From NCBI GenBank assembly GCA_903934285.1, contig CAIZNN010000154.1, positions 6,878 through 70,877 on the forward strand: a DNA stretch of 64,000 nt, written 5' to 3'. The notes below the pieces were generated by a model that worked only from the letters and a program-made list of their open reading frames with translations, was not told the DNA's origin and ran no database searches. The position numbers and the translations under genes are program-made. Below are positions 26,673 to 35,914 of this stretch, piece by piece. Every line of letters starts with the position of its first letter. Within the stretch, counting starts at the first letter, position 1. This DNA comes from Akkermansiaceae bacterium. Its GTDB lineage: Bacteria; Verrucomicrobiota; Verrucomicrobiia; Verrucomicrobiales; Akkermansiaceae.

Positions 26673-27320
26673 TCAGCGGCCCAGCCGGCTGTCCAATTGG
26701 AAGAATTGGCCGGAGGTGTGCGGCAGGCAGTGGTGGAGGTGGTGAATGAAACCGGCCACCGCAGCGGGCGTGTTGAAGGCACCCAGGCTGTGGGCGGCGA
26801 GGATTTCGGCACGGCGTTTTGCAGTCACCTGGCGCGTCAGCGCGGTCTCCAAAAACCCGGGCAGAATCGCGTTGACGCGAATGCCGTGGCCGCCGTGGCG
26901 GTGGGCCAGGCGCCGGGTGAGGCCGAGCAGGGCGGCTTTGGCCGTGGCGTAGGCGACTTGGCCCGCTGGCGGCTGCAGCGCCGAAAAGCTGGAAAGGAAC
27001 ACGAGGTGGCCAGCGCCCCGCGCCACCATGCCGGGCAAAACCGCGGCGGCACAGGCGGCGGCCCCGGTGAAATTGACCGCGATGACCTCGTCCCAGCCGG
27101 CTTCGTCCAACCTGGCCAATGGCGCATCCCGGGTGATGCCGGCCGCACACACTAACAAATCGACCGCGCGTCCGGCGAAATACCCGCGCACCGCGGCGGG
27201 TTGGGTGACGTCGAGTTGGTGGCGGCCCGGCGCGGCGAGGTGCCAATGCGGGCTGTGAAAGGCGGCGAGGAGGGCGCTGCCCAGCCCGCCGCAGCCGCCG
27301 GTGATGACCAAGTGGTTCAT
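26673..27320 (-). CDS. Short-chain dehydrogenase/reductase (FabG-like)
   Basis: LVITGGCGGLG, CAAGITRD, FLSS, YATAK and VNAILPGFLET. Confidence 0.9.
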   Translation of the reverse strand: MNHLVITGGCGGLGSALLAAFHSPHWHLAAPGRHQLDVTQPAAVRGYFAGRAVDLLVCAAGITRDAPLARLDEAGWDEVIAVNFTGAAACAAAVLPGMVARGAGHLVFLSSFSALQPPAGQVAYATAKAALLGLTRRLAHRHGGHGIRVNAILPGFLETALTRQVTAKRRAEILAAHSLGAFNTPAAVAGFIHHLHHCLPHTSGQFFQLDSRLGR

Positions 27321-27408
27321 GCTCGGGGGATGTTGGGGCGGGGCGGGCGGGGGTGGCAAGCTTTTGGTGCTGGTCATTGGCCAGGGGTGTGGCATAGGCT
27401 TCGTGCGG

Positions 27409-28119
27409 ATGATCTTGGGATTGATGGAACCATCGGGCTTGATCGAACAGGGCGGACCTCTGGTCTGGGTCCTGCTCGGGCTGGCATTTGTCGGCACGGT
27501 ATCCGTGATCGAGCGCTTGTTTTTTTTCCACCGCGCCCGCATCAATGTCGGCGACTTGCTGGTGGGGCTGGCCCATCATATCCGCCGCCGCGCGTTTGCC
27601 GAAGCCTTGCACGAGGCGGCCCGGGCACCGGGACCGGTGGCCCGGGTGGCGCATGCGGCATTGCTGAGGTATTATCTGCCGCGGCAGGACTTGCGCGATG
27701 TGGTGCAGGAGGCCGGCCAGCTTGAGGTGCCGCGCATCGAAAACAACATCCGCGCCATCCTCGGCGTCGCGCTGCTGGCCCCCTTGGTCGGCATGCTTGG
27801 CACCATGGTCGGCATGGTCGAGACGTTCCAACGGGTCAGTGAACAAGGCGGGTTTTCCGGCCCGGGCGAACTTTCCGGCGGCGTCTTCACCGCCTTGATC
27901 ACCTCGGTGGTGGGGCTCACCGTGGCGGTGCCGATGTATTTGTTTTACCTGTATTTCCTCGGCCGCGCCAAACGCCTGGTGCATCGCATCGAGCGCGCCG
28001 GCATTGAAATGATCAACCTGATTTCAGATGCGCGGGAAGAGGCGGAATTCGCCCCCTTCCGCGGCGAGGTGAGTGCCGGCCAAGCCCAGCCCGGTGCCGC
28101 GCGCGCCAGCACCCCATGA
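27409..28119 (+). CDS. exbB: MotA/TolQ/ExbB proton channel
   Basis: GGPLVWVLL..IERL, APLVGMLGTMVGMV, GVFTALITSVVGLTVAVP. Confidence 0.9.
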   Translation: MILGLMEPSGLIEQGGPLVWVLLGLAFVGTVSVIERLFFFHRARINVGDLLVGLAHHIRRRAFAEALHEAARAPGPVARVAHAALLRYYLPRQDLRDVVQEAGQLEVPRIENNIRAILGVALLAPLVGMLGTMVGMVETFQRVSEQGGFSGPGELSGGVFTALITSVVGLTVAVPMYLFYLYFLGRAKRLVHRIERAGIEMINLISDAREEAEFAPFRGEVSAGQAQPGAARASTP

Positions 28120-28577
28120 AACTGCAGATGTCATTGCCTGAGCGCCCTGGCTTCCTGCACGTGTTGCCGGTGTTCAATTTGTTTTTGTTGTTGCTGTTGT
28201 TTTTCATGCTCGGTCCCTCGCTGGTCTTGCAGTCCGGCGTCATGGTCGAGTTGCCGCCGTCCAAGTTTCAATTGGAGCGGTTTCGCGACACCCTGGTGGT
28301 CACCCTCGGCCCCGGCCAAGTCGCCCCGCGCATCCATTTCCAACGCCATCCGCTAACGCTGGATGAATTGGCGGCGCGGCTTGATGTTTTGCGTGCCGAG
28401 GGCGCGGCGGCCAAGGCCATCATTTTGCTGCAGAGCGATGTCGGCACGCCGGTGGGCGAGGAGCGGGCGGTGGCCGAGATGATTCTCGGCAAGGGTTTCC
28501 GCCTCGCCATGGTGGGCCAGCCCCCGCCACCAGCGCAGGTCCAGCCCAATCCGGACACCAGCCCGCCCGATTCATGA
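28116..28577 (+). CDS. exbD: ExbD/TolR biopolymer transport protein (divergent)
   Basis: HVLPVFNLFLLLLLFFML TM helix (Asn where ExbD usually has Asp), VELP, ILLQSD; coupled to exbB. Confidence 0.8.
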   Translation: MKLQMSLPERPGFLHVLPVFNLFLLLLLFFMLGPSLVLQSGVMVELPPSKFQLERFRDTLVVTLGPGQVAPRIHFQRHPLTLDELAARLDVLRAEGAAAKAIILLQSDVGTPVGEERAVAEMILGKGFRLAMVGQPPPPAQVQPNPDTSPPDS

Positions 28578-29362
28578 GGCCCGCCCGAGCCACCGCCCAG
28601 GACCGCTCCGCCGCGCGCACCGCGTTGCTGTTCCGTTGGCGCGGCCAGCCCAAGGCCGCCTTTCCCAAGCTCCTCCCGCTCGTTTTGGCCACCCTCGCCT
28701 TCGCCGTGCTGCTCGGCTTCGTGCGCGTCAAGGTCGCCGCCCCACAATTCAATATCGCCAGCAAAGCGTCGTTGATTCAATTGCCTGCCGCCGGTGAGGG
28801 CGTGGCCTGGGCCCTGCGCGCCAAAGAGGGCGGGCCATGGCTGGCCAAATACAACCCGGCCGATTGGTCGGCTTATCCGGCGCTGGACGCCGAGGTGTTG
28901 CAGGCGACGCGGATTCCGGCGCAGCCCTATGTTCCGGTGTTGCGGCAACTGCCGCCCCCGGAACCAGCCAAACCGCAGTTGCTGGCTGCCATCGGTGAAC
29001 CGGTCTTGCCGCGCCGCATCGCCGCGGCGGCAGTGCACCATGACGCGGCGGCGTGCCACCTGGCCCCGGTGCTCTACCCGCTCTCGGCGCTGGGGGCGGT
29101 CGGCTTGCCACAGGCGTTGCCGCCGTTCACCGCTGAGATCGATGCGGCAATGGCTGCCGCCGATTGGCGCTTTCTGCTGCGCTTGCATCCCGCCGGCGGC
29201 GTGGCCGACTGCGTGTCGCTGACGAAAGCGGCGGGGGTCGGGTTGTTAGAGCGGTGGCTGCGTGGCGTGACCTTTGACCCGAAGCTGGCGGCGGGGGGTG
29301 GCTGGCTGGCCATTGGGATTGAATTCAACAACCAACCGATCAATGGAACTGACACTCGCTGA
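28574..29362 (+). CDS. Membrane-anchored Pro-rich hypothetical protein (TonB position)
   Basis: Single TM helix near the N-terminus, Pro-rich segment, translationally coupled to exbD. Confidence 0.6.
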   Translation: MRPARATAQDRSAARTALLFRWRGQPKAAFPKLLPLVLATLAFAVLLGFVRVKVAAPQFNIASKASLIQLPAAGEGVAWALRAKEGGPWLAKYNPADWSAYPALDAEVLQATRIPAQPYVPVLRQLPPPEPAKPQLLAAIGEPVLPRRIAAAAVHHDAAACHLAPVLYPLSALGAVGLPQALPPFTAEIDAAMAAADWRFLLRLHPAGGVADCVSLTKAAGVGLLERWLRGVTFDPKLAAGGGWLAIGIEFNNQPINGTDTR

Positions 29363-29582
29363 GTTTGTGCGCCTGGTGCTGGTTGGCTCGTTCGCGCTGG
29401 TGCTCGCCGCCGCCATGCTGTCGCGCTATTTGCACCACCGCAGCGAACGCCAAGCGCTGGCCCGCCGCGGGATTTGCCGCCTGTGCCTGCACGCGTTCGA
29501 GGACTCCTCGCAGGAAACCATCGTCGAATGCCCGGCATGCGGCGCGATGACCGACAAGGGCCGCAGCCGCAGCTTGGGCTAG
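29343..29582 (+). CDS. Small membrane protein with zinc-ribbon (CRLC..CPAC)
   Basis: MELTLAEFVRLVLVGSF TM helix followed by two CxxC pairs. Confidence 0.65.
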   Translation: MELTLAEFVRLVLVGSFALVLAAAMLSRYLHHRSERQALARRGICRLCLHAFEDSSQETIVECPACGAMTDKGRSRSLG

Positions 29583-29625
29583 GCCGGCGCGACCGCTGCT
29601 TGCCCATGACGCGATTCTCCCAGCC

Positions 29626-30069
29626 ATGAGTCCCCAGCAAGCCATTCAAGCCGTGCGCGCCGTGTATGCCGACTTGGCGCAGCGACCGCTGCAGCGGGCT
29701 TGCACTGCCAGCGCGGAGTGCTGTCGGTTTCGATTGACCGGCCGCACTCCCTACCTCACCCGCGGCGAGGCGTTGGTGGCCGCCGCCGCATGGCGGGCGG
29801 CCGGTCGCAGCACATTGCCACGGCCGGCCGACGGTGGCTGTCCGCTGCTGGGCCGCCACGCCCGCTGTCTGGTCTACGATGGCCGGCCCTTCGGGTGCCG
29901 CACCCATTTTTGTGCCGCGGCCGGCGGGCCGTATGGGCGCGGCGAGGTGCGGGATTTGATCCAGCGTTTGGAAGCCATCGACCACCAACTGGGTGGCACG
30001 GGTGCGATGAACTTGCCGTGCGCGCTGGCGCTGGCCCTGCCTGCCCTCGCCCGCAGCCACCGCCTGTGA
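29626..30069 (+). CDS. YkgJ-family cysteine cluster protein
   Basis: CTASAECC..GCPLL..CLVYDGRPFGCRTHFC. Confidence 0.88.
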   Translation: MSPQQAIQAVRAVYADLAQRPLQRACTASAECCRFRLTGRTPYLTRGEALVAAAAWRAAGRSTLPRPADGGCPLLGRHARCLVYDGRPFGCRTHFCAAAGGPYGRGEVRDLIQRLEAIDHQLGGTGAMNLPCALALALPALARSHRL

Positions 30070-30144
30070 GTGCCGCGCCCGTTCCGCCAGCCCTTCAGCC
30101 GTTGCACCCGAAGATTTCCTGAGCGTTGCCCTAAGATTTCCCGC

Positions 30145-30164
30145 TTGACATCGTTGTTTGTCAA
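30145..30164. promoter_or_regulatory. Palindromic TTGACA-N8-TGTCAA site upstream of the TPR/ExbBD operon
   Basis: Perfect 6-bp inverted repeat whose left arm is a consensus -35, 26 nt upstream of the ATG at 30191. Confidence 0.45.
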
Positions 30165-30190
30165 CAGCATCTCTTCAGAAACTCTCCCGC

Positions 30191-33100
30191 ATGGTTGCAA
30201 GGAAATTTCATTCTCTAACGACGCTTCTCGCGGGGGTGGCGCTTTGCCTTCCGCTCGTCCCCAACTCATCCGCCCAGGCCCCGCCACCGCCACCGGCACC
30301 GGCACCGGCACCGGCACCGGCACCGGCACCGGCAGCACCGGTGGCACCGGTGGCACCGGCGGCACCGGCGGCACCGGCGGCACCGGCGGCACCGGCGGCA
30401 CCGGCGGCACCGGCGGCACCAGCGGCCCCGGCGATACCCACGACGGTGGCCACCCTCAACAGCCTGCTCAATGATGCCGAAGCCGCCTTTGAGGCCAAAA
30501 AATACCTGGACGCCGCGCCCAAGCTTGAGGAGTTGATCAAAGCCCTCGGGCCCAACTCGAGCACGCCGCCGGAAATGCTCGAAATGCTCCATTTCAATGC
30601 GGCCCTGGCCTATCTGTTGGGTGAGAAGCCCGCCGCAGCCGAGGCCGCCTTCCTCAAGTGCGTGGCCAGGTTTCCCAAGGGCGATTACGCGATGCGCTGC
30701 CAGCTTGGAATCGGCCACGCCTGCATCAAGCAAGACACCGCGGAGAAAAAGGAGCAGGCCATCAAGTCGCTCAAGCTCGCCATGGCGGACCGCAAGTACC
30801 GCTCGGAGGCCGGCCTCATCCTCGGCCGGGTGTACATTGACTTGCACAAACGCGAGGAGGCTCTGGCGGTGTTTCGCGGGTTGATGGGTTCGGATATCCG
30901 CTCCCCGCAACAAGCCACCGCCGCGGTGGAAGTCATCGGCCTGCTGGCTGATAGCGGCAACCTCGATGATCTGGTGCATTACCTCGACCGCTTGATCAAC
31001 CAGGCCGGGGTGCGCGATGCCATCGCGTGGTATGCGAACCAAGTGATTGTGCGCGGCGATGAGGCGGTCATCGGCCAATCCTACGCCACGGCGCTCGCGA
31101 TCTATCAGACGGTGCCGACCCGCAACCAGATCATTGAAACCCAGAACCTGGCGCTGGAGGGCCAGCGCAAGATCCTCAACATCCTCGAGGCGAAGGCCGC
31201 CAAGGAAAAGGACAAACCTATCAACCAACGCTCCAACGCCTCCGAGCTGGTCGGCAGTCTCAAGCCCGCCATCGAATTGTCGCAGACGGCCCTGACCGCC
31301 ATTGAGGAGAAAAAAGACCTGGATGCGGCGTTGTTGATGCGGCGCGGCCGCTGCTTCTACTATCTGGATCGCTACGAGGAGGCGCTGGTGTGCTTCCGCA
31401 CCATGCGCGCCAAGTACCCCGCCGCCAGCGACGCCAAGGCCGCCGCCTACGCCGAGATCATCATCATTAACAAGCTCAAGAAAATCGACGAGTTGCAAGC
31501 CCTCTGCAGCGCCTACCTGCGCATCTATCCGGATGCCGAAAACGCCGAACAAGTCGCCACCCTGGCCGGCGAATTGCTGGTGCAGGACGGCAAATGGGCC
31601 GAGGTCGGCAAGTTCTATCAGCGCCTCGAAACCCGCTTCCCGAAATCCGACAGCCTCGATCGCTATATCTTTTTCCAAGCCGTCGCGCATTTCCAGGACG
31701 CCGATTTCGCCACCTCCACGCCGTTGTTCGACCGCTTCCTCAAAACCTATCCGAACAGCCCGCTGGTGGAAACCGCCCTCTATTATGTGGCGATGTCCAA
31801 TTTCCTCAGCAACGAGTACAAGAAGACCCTCGCCTCCTGCAAGGAATACCTCGCCAGGTTCCCCGATGGCCGCTACGCCGGAGATATGCGTTACCGCCTC
31901 TCGTTCATCGACTCTAACGACAAGGAGGAAAACCAAACCGACAAGATCATCCGCGACCTCGAAGGTTTCCTCAAGGAGCACCCGGACGATGCCGCCGCCG
32001 GCTCAATGCTCTGCCTGCTGGCTGACACCTATAAGAAGAAGTCCGACGAAGACGCCGCGCTGGATGCCTACAAGAAAGCGATCCGGAGCGATAGCCCCGA
32101 CGACGTCATCCAATACGGGCTGGACTCCGCCACCAGCCTGCTGCAAGGCCGCAAGGATTGGGCCGGCGTGGCCGCGCTGCACGGCGAGTTTTTGAAAAAC
32201 AAGCCCGACAGCCCGTTGGCGCTGCTGTCGGCCACCTGGGTGGCCAAGATGAAAGCGCGCGACGGCAAGAGCGCGGAGGCGGCCGCGATTCTGGCCAACT
32301 CGCTGCGCGCCCGCATCGGCAATCCGGCCTGCGAACAGGTCGAGTTTCTCATCGACGAACTCGTCAAGGCGCTCGTCCCGCGTAAGAAACCCTCGGAAGT
32401 CGATGTCGACGCCATCGACAAGCAACTGGTCGATGTGCTCAAGCAAGTGACCGGTGGCGAGGACAACCCCACGGCCAACGCGCGGGTTTACTATGCCCGC
32501 GCCCGCCTCAGTCAGTTGCTCAAACGCGCGGATCGCGCCGACCTCTATCTGAAGGGCATCGCCACCACCAATGCCGAGGATCCTTCGGTGCTGAGCCCGG
32601 CTTTGCTGGCGGCTTGCGGCGACATCCTGCTCAAGGGCGGCAATCTCGACGGGGCGGCCGCCATGTTCAAGCGCCTTACCGACCGCTACAAGGAATCGAT
32701 GTTTTCGGATGCCGGGCCGGTCGGCCTGGGGTTTGTGGCACTGGCACGCAAACAACCCGCCGAGGCCCTCAAGATCTTCGACGACGCCTTGCTCAACAAC
32801 CCGGGCACCTCCCGATTCAAGGAAACCACCGTCGGCAAACTCCAGGCACTGGTGGCCCTCGAGCAATACGAACCCGCCGGCAAGCTGGCGCTGCAAATCG
32901 TCGGTGATAAGATGTTCCGCGGCGAAACGTCCGGCAAAGCCTATCTGCTGCTGGCGGAGGTGTACCGCAACCAGGCCGCCAAGGCCAGCGGCGACGCCGC
33001 CGGCGAATTGCTCAAGAAAGCCCATGGTACCTATCAACGCGTCTATGTGGCCTATCAAAGCAGCCCGGACCTGTGCGCGGAAGCCTACTGGCAGGCGGCA

Positions 33101-33220
33101 GGCGTGGCCAAGGAACTGCACGAAGACGCGCTGGCCAGCGAGACGTTGAAAACCCTCGCCAAGCACCCCAAACTGCAGAACACCCAGCGCGCCAAGGACG
33201 CAATGAAACTCAATCCATGA
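30191..33220 (+). CDS. Large exported tetratricopeptide-repeat protein
   Basis: Signal peptide (LLAGVALCLPLVPNSSAQA), Pro/Ala linker and many TPR-like helices (AAFLKCVARFPKGDYA, FDRFLKTYPNSPLVETALYY). Confidence 0.85.
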   Translation: MVARKFHSLTTLLAGVALCLPLVPNSSAQAPPPPPAPAPAPAPAPAPAAPVAPVAPAAPAAPAAPAAPAAPAAPAAPAAPAIPTTVATLNSLLNDAEAAFEAKKYLDAAPKLEELIKALGPNSSTPPEMLEMLHFNAALAYLLGEKPAAAEAAFLKCVARFPKGDYAMRCQLGIGHACIKQDTAEKKEQAIKSLKLAMADRKYRSEAGLILGRVYIDLHKREEALAVFRGLMGSDIRSPQQATAAVEVIGLLADSGNLDDLVHYLDRLINQAGVRDAIAWYANQVIVRGDEAVIGQSYATALAIYQTVPTRNQIIETQNLALEGQRKILNILEAKAAKEKDKPINQRSNASELVGSLKPAIELSQTALTAIEEKKDLDAALLMRRGRCFYYLDRYEEALVCFRTMRAKYPAASDAKAAAYAEIIIINKLKKIDELQALCSAYLRIYPDAENAEQVATLAGELLVQDGKWAEVGKFYQRLETRFPKSDSLDRYIFFQAVAHFQDADFATSTPLFDRFLKTYPNSPLVETALYYVAMSNFLSNEYKKTLASCKEYLARFPDGRYAGDMRYRLSFIDSNDKEENQTDKIIRDLEGFLKEHPDDAAAGSMLCLLADTYKKKSDEDAALDAYKKAIRSDSPDDVIQYGLDSATSLLQGRKDWAGVAALHGEFLKNKPDSPLALLSATWVAKMKARDGKSAEAAAILANSLRARIGNPACEQVEFLIDELVKALVPRKKPSEVDVDAIDKQLVDVLKQVTGGEDNPTANARVYYARARLSQLLKRADRADLYLKGIATTNAEDPSVLSPALLAACGDILLKGGNLDGAAAMFKRLTDRYKESMFSDAGPVGLGFVALARKQPAEALKIFDDALLNNPGTSRFKETTVGKLQALVALEQYEPAGKLALQIVGDKMFRGETSGKAYLLLAEVYRNQAAKASGDAAGELLKKAHGTYQRVYVAYQSSPDLCAEAYWQAAGVAKELHEDALASETLKTLAKHPKLQNTQRAKDAMKLNP
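30283..30430 (+). repeat. In-frame GCACCG / GCACCGGCG tandem repeats (PA / APA linker)
   Basis: 6-bp then 9-bp periodic tract seen directly in the sequence. Confidence 0.9.
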
Positions 33221-34080
33221 CCTCCCGCGCCCTCACCCATCTTGCCCGCTCCCGCCAGGCGCTACTGGCCGCCTGCGCCGGCTTGGTGTTGGCGGGCACC
33301 TTTGCCCGTGGCGCCGAACCGACCCAGATCGTCTTGCTAAACGGCCGCGCGCTGCCGCTGGCCGCAGTCGCCCTGCAGGGCGACAAGTTTGTGGTCAAGA
33401 CCGACGTCGAGGGCTTCGCGGCCAACGCCGTTATTCCTGTTAGCTCGGTCGATCATGTGTTTGGTGACAAGCCGGAGGCCATCAATCAGGCAATTGCGCT
33501 GCTGCTCACCGGCCAAGCCAGAGAGGCCATCAAGTTGCTCGAGCCGCTGCTCGCCGCGCACAAGGATACCGCCAAACTGCCGGGCAATTTCTGGCTGGAA
33601 GCCGCGCGCGCCGCGTTGGTGGCCAACTCGTTGGAAGGCGCCTTCACCGCCTGCGGCCCCCTCGGCAAGGACATCTCCGACGCCACTCCCGCCCAAGGCG
33701 TCGATCCGTTCGTCACCCTCAGCAAGGCGCTGCTGTTGCCGGTTTCCACCAAGGTGGCGGACCGCGAGGCGGCGCTGCTGGACCTCACCACTGACAACCT
33801 GCCCGCCGAACTGTGTGCCTTTGCCACCTTCTTGCGGGCCGAGTTGATCCGGCGCGACAAGCGCGAGGCTGCGGCACTGGAAGCCTATCTAACCGTCCCG
33901 TGCCTGTTTCCCTCCGGCGGCTTGGTGGTCAATGGGGTGGCCCAGTTCAGGGCCGCCGAACTGCTCACCGCCCAAGGCCGCCGCGACGAGGCGGTGGCCC
34001 TGGTGCATTCCGCCATCCGCAACACCAAGGGTACCGCCGCCGAGACCCTGGCGGCCAAACTTCTCGAAAGCATCAAGTAA
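33217..34080 (+). CDS. Exported hypothetical protein with TPR-like C-terminus
   Basis: ATGA overlap with the upstream gene; signal peptide (LLAACAGLVLAGTFARGAE); AALEAYLTVPCLF..AQFRAAELL. Confidence 0.75.
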   Translation: MTSRALTHLARSRQALLAACAGLVLAGTFARGAEPTQIVLLNGRALPLAAVALQGDKFVVKTDVEGFAANAVIPVSSVDHVFGDKPEAINQAIALLLTGQAREAIKLLEPLLAAHKDTAKLPGNFWLEAARAALVANSLEGAFTACGPLGKDISDATPAQGVDPFVTLSKALLLPVSTKVADREAALLDLTTDNLPAELCAFATFLRAELIRRDKREAAALEAYLTVPCLFPSGGLVVNGVAQFRAAELLTAQGRRDEAVALVHSAIRNTKGTAAETLAAKLLESIK

Positions 34081-34110
34081 CTCCAACTCCATCCCGCCAA
34101 ATCCCCAATC

Positions 34111-34917
34111 ATGAAACCTGCCGTCAAGTTCGCCGTTTATGCGGCTCTGTTGTTCCTGCCCATGGCCGCCTTCGGTGCCGAGGTGGCCCCTCCTGCCGAG
34201 GTGAAGAAAACCTTCCTGCAAGTCCTCGCCCAAGGCGGCTGGTGCATGTGGATCATCGGCGCCTTTTCCGTCGCCACGGTGTGGCTTATCATCGATTTGT
34301 CGTTGCGCACCAACCGCAAGAAAATGACTCCCCCAGCGGATGTGCTAATCGCCAAGGAAGCCTTTCTGGCCGGCGATTATGTCGGCGCCTATCAATTGAT
34401 GAAAGCCGCCGTCAGCCCGTTCGCCAATGTCGTCCAAGGCGCCCTCGGTTCGGTCGGCTACGGCAAGGCGGCCACTGAGGAAGCGCTGCTCGCAGAAGTC
34501 GACAAGGTCAACTCCAAGCTGCAAACCCGCATCAACTATCTATCCGTCATCGGGGTGTGCAGCCCGATGGTGGGGTTGCTCGGCACGGTGTCCGGCATGA
34601 TGGGCGCCTTCAACAGTCTGCGCACCTCCGGCATCGGGGATACCGCGGCGCTCTCCGGCCACATCGGCGAGGTGCTGGTGGCCACCGCCTCCGGGCTGTT
34701 CATCGCCATCCCGGCCTTCATGGGGTTCTACTTCCTGCGCAACAAACTGCAATTCGCCGTCCACGGCCTCGAGGAGGAATCCACCCGCCTGTTCCGCAAC
34801 GCCCCCTACGAACTGCTCAAGGACGCCGATGTGGGCCAGGAGGAAACCTACGCCGCCATCCCCATCTGGATGCAAAGCGAACAACCCGCGCTGGAGTCAG
34901 CGGCCGAATCGGCCTGA
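34111..34917 (+). CDS. exbB: MotA/TolQ/ExbB proton channel
   Basis: GGWCMWII, SPMVGLLGTVSGMMGAF, IGEVLVATASGLFIAIP. Confidence 0.93.
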   Translation: MKPAVKFAVYAALLFLPMAAFGAEVAPPAEVKKTFLQVLAQGGWCMWIIGAFSVATVWLIIDLSLRTNRKKMTPPADVLIAKEAFLAGDYVGAYQLMKAAVSPFANVVQGALGSVGYGKAATEEALLAEVDKVNSKLQTRINYLSVIGVCSPMVGLLGTVSGMMGAFNSLRTSGIGDTAALSGHIGEVLVATASGLFIAIPAFMGFYFLRNKLQFAVHGLEEESTRLFRNAPYELLKDADVGQEETYAAIPIWMQSEQPALESAAESA

Positions 34918-34951
34918 CCTCCCCCCCCTCCCGATCTAACAATCCAAGGTC

Positions 34952-35386
34952 ATGGCAAGCGTCGGTGGAACGGAAAGCGGCGAACCGGAGTTTCAGATTG
35001 CTCCGATGATCGACGTGTTGCTGGTGTTGCTCATTTTCTTCATGAGCATCACCACCGCGGAAATCCTCAAGGTCGATGCCTCGATCACGCTGCCGGTGTC
35101 GCCCAATGCCAAGCCGCACGACGCCAAGATGACCAAGCACGAAGTGGCCATCAACGTCCGCTGGAGCGCGTCAGCCAACAAGGCGACCATCCTCGTGGAG
35201 GACAAGGAATACGCCAATACCGTCGAGTTGGTGCCCTATCTGCAGGGCCGCCTGAAGGCCAACCCCAAGCTGCGCGCCGTGATTCGCGGCGACAAGGACT
35301 TGCCCGCACTTGAAATCCAACGCGTGATGAACCTCGTCGGCGAGGGCGGCATTGCCGACATTGCCTTCTCCGCCTCCAACAAGTAG
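34952..35386 (+). CDS. exbD: ExbD/TolR protein
   Basis: FQIAPMIDVLLVLLIFFM, ITLP, VIRGD. Confidence 0.93.
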   Translation: MASVGGTESGEPEFQIAPMIDVLLVLLIFFMSITTAEILKVDASITLPVSPNAKPHDAKMTKHEVAINVRWSASANKATILVEDKEYANTVELVPYLQGRLKANPKLRAVIRGDKDLPALEIQRVMNLVGEGGIADIAFSASNK

Positions 35387-35392
35387 ACCGTC

Positions 35393-35878
35393 ATGAGACA
35401 ACGCCACAAACGCAAGGGTTCGCCCGAAGTCCACCTCGGTTTCCAAATCGCACCGATGGTCGATGTGGTGTTTGTCATCATGTTGTTTTTCATGGTGATG
35501 GCCGGCGCGGTCAAAGTCGAAAATGTCCACAACACCAAGCTGCCCGGCACGGTGTCCACCGCCACCGACACGCCGATGCCCGACGAAATCGCCATCCGCA
35601 TCGAGGATGATGGCCAGGTCTATCTCAACGACGACCCGCTCGACACGCCGCAAGACAAGACGTTGCCGGACTTGGCCAGCAACCTCTATCAACTCCGCAA
35701 GAGCAGCGACGCCTCGAAATCCGAGGTGCTGGTGACCATCTATGCCAACGAACTGGCCAAGTACGAACGCATCATCGACACCCTCGACGCGCTGAGCCGC
35801 GCCAACTCCGACCCCGCCGGGACCTTCTGCGCCACCAAAATCACCAATGTGAGCTTTCAAGCTGGCGCGCCGGAGTAG
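35393..35878 (+). CDS. exbD: Second ExbD/TolR protein
   Basis: FQIAPMVDVVFVIMLFFMV, VYLND, VTIYAN. Confidence 0.92.
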   Translation: MRQRHKRKGSPEVHLGFQIAPMVDVVFVIMLFFMVMAGAVKVENVHNTKLPGTVSTATDTPMPDEIAIRIEDDGQVYLNDDPLDTPQDKTLPDLASNLYQLRKSSDASKSEVLVTIYANELAKYERIIDTLDALSRANSDPAGTFCATKITNVSFQAGAPE

Positions 35879-35914
35879 GCGCGCCGGAGAGACCGCCCCA
35901 TCCCACCTTCCGCC

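Noticed and set aside
30266-33166. 571-aa and 387-aa minus-strand ORFs
   Set aside because: Shadows of the TPR gene; the RRC repeats are the reverse frame of the Pro/Ala linker.
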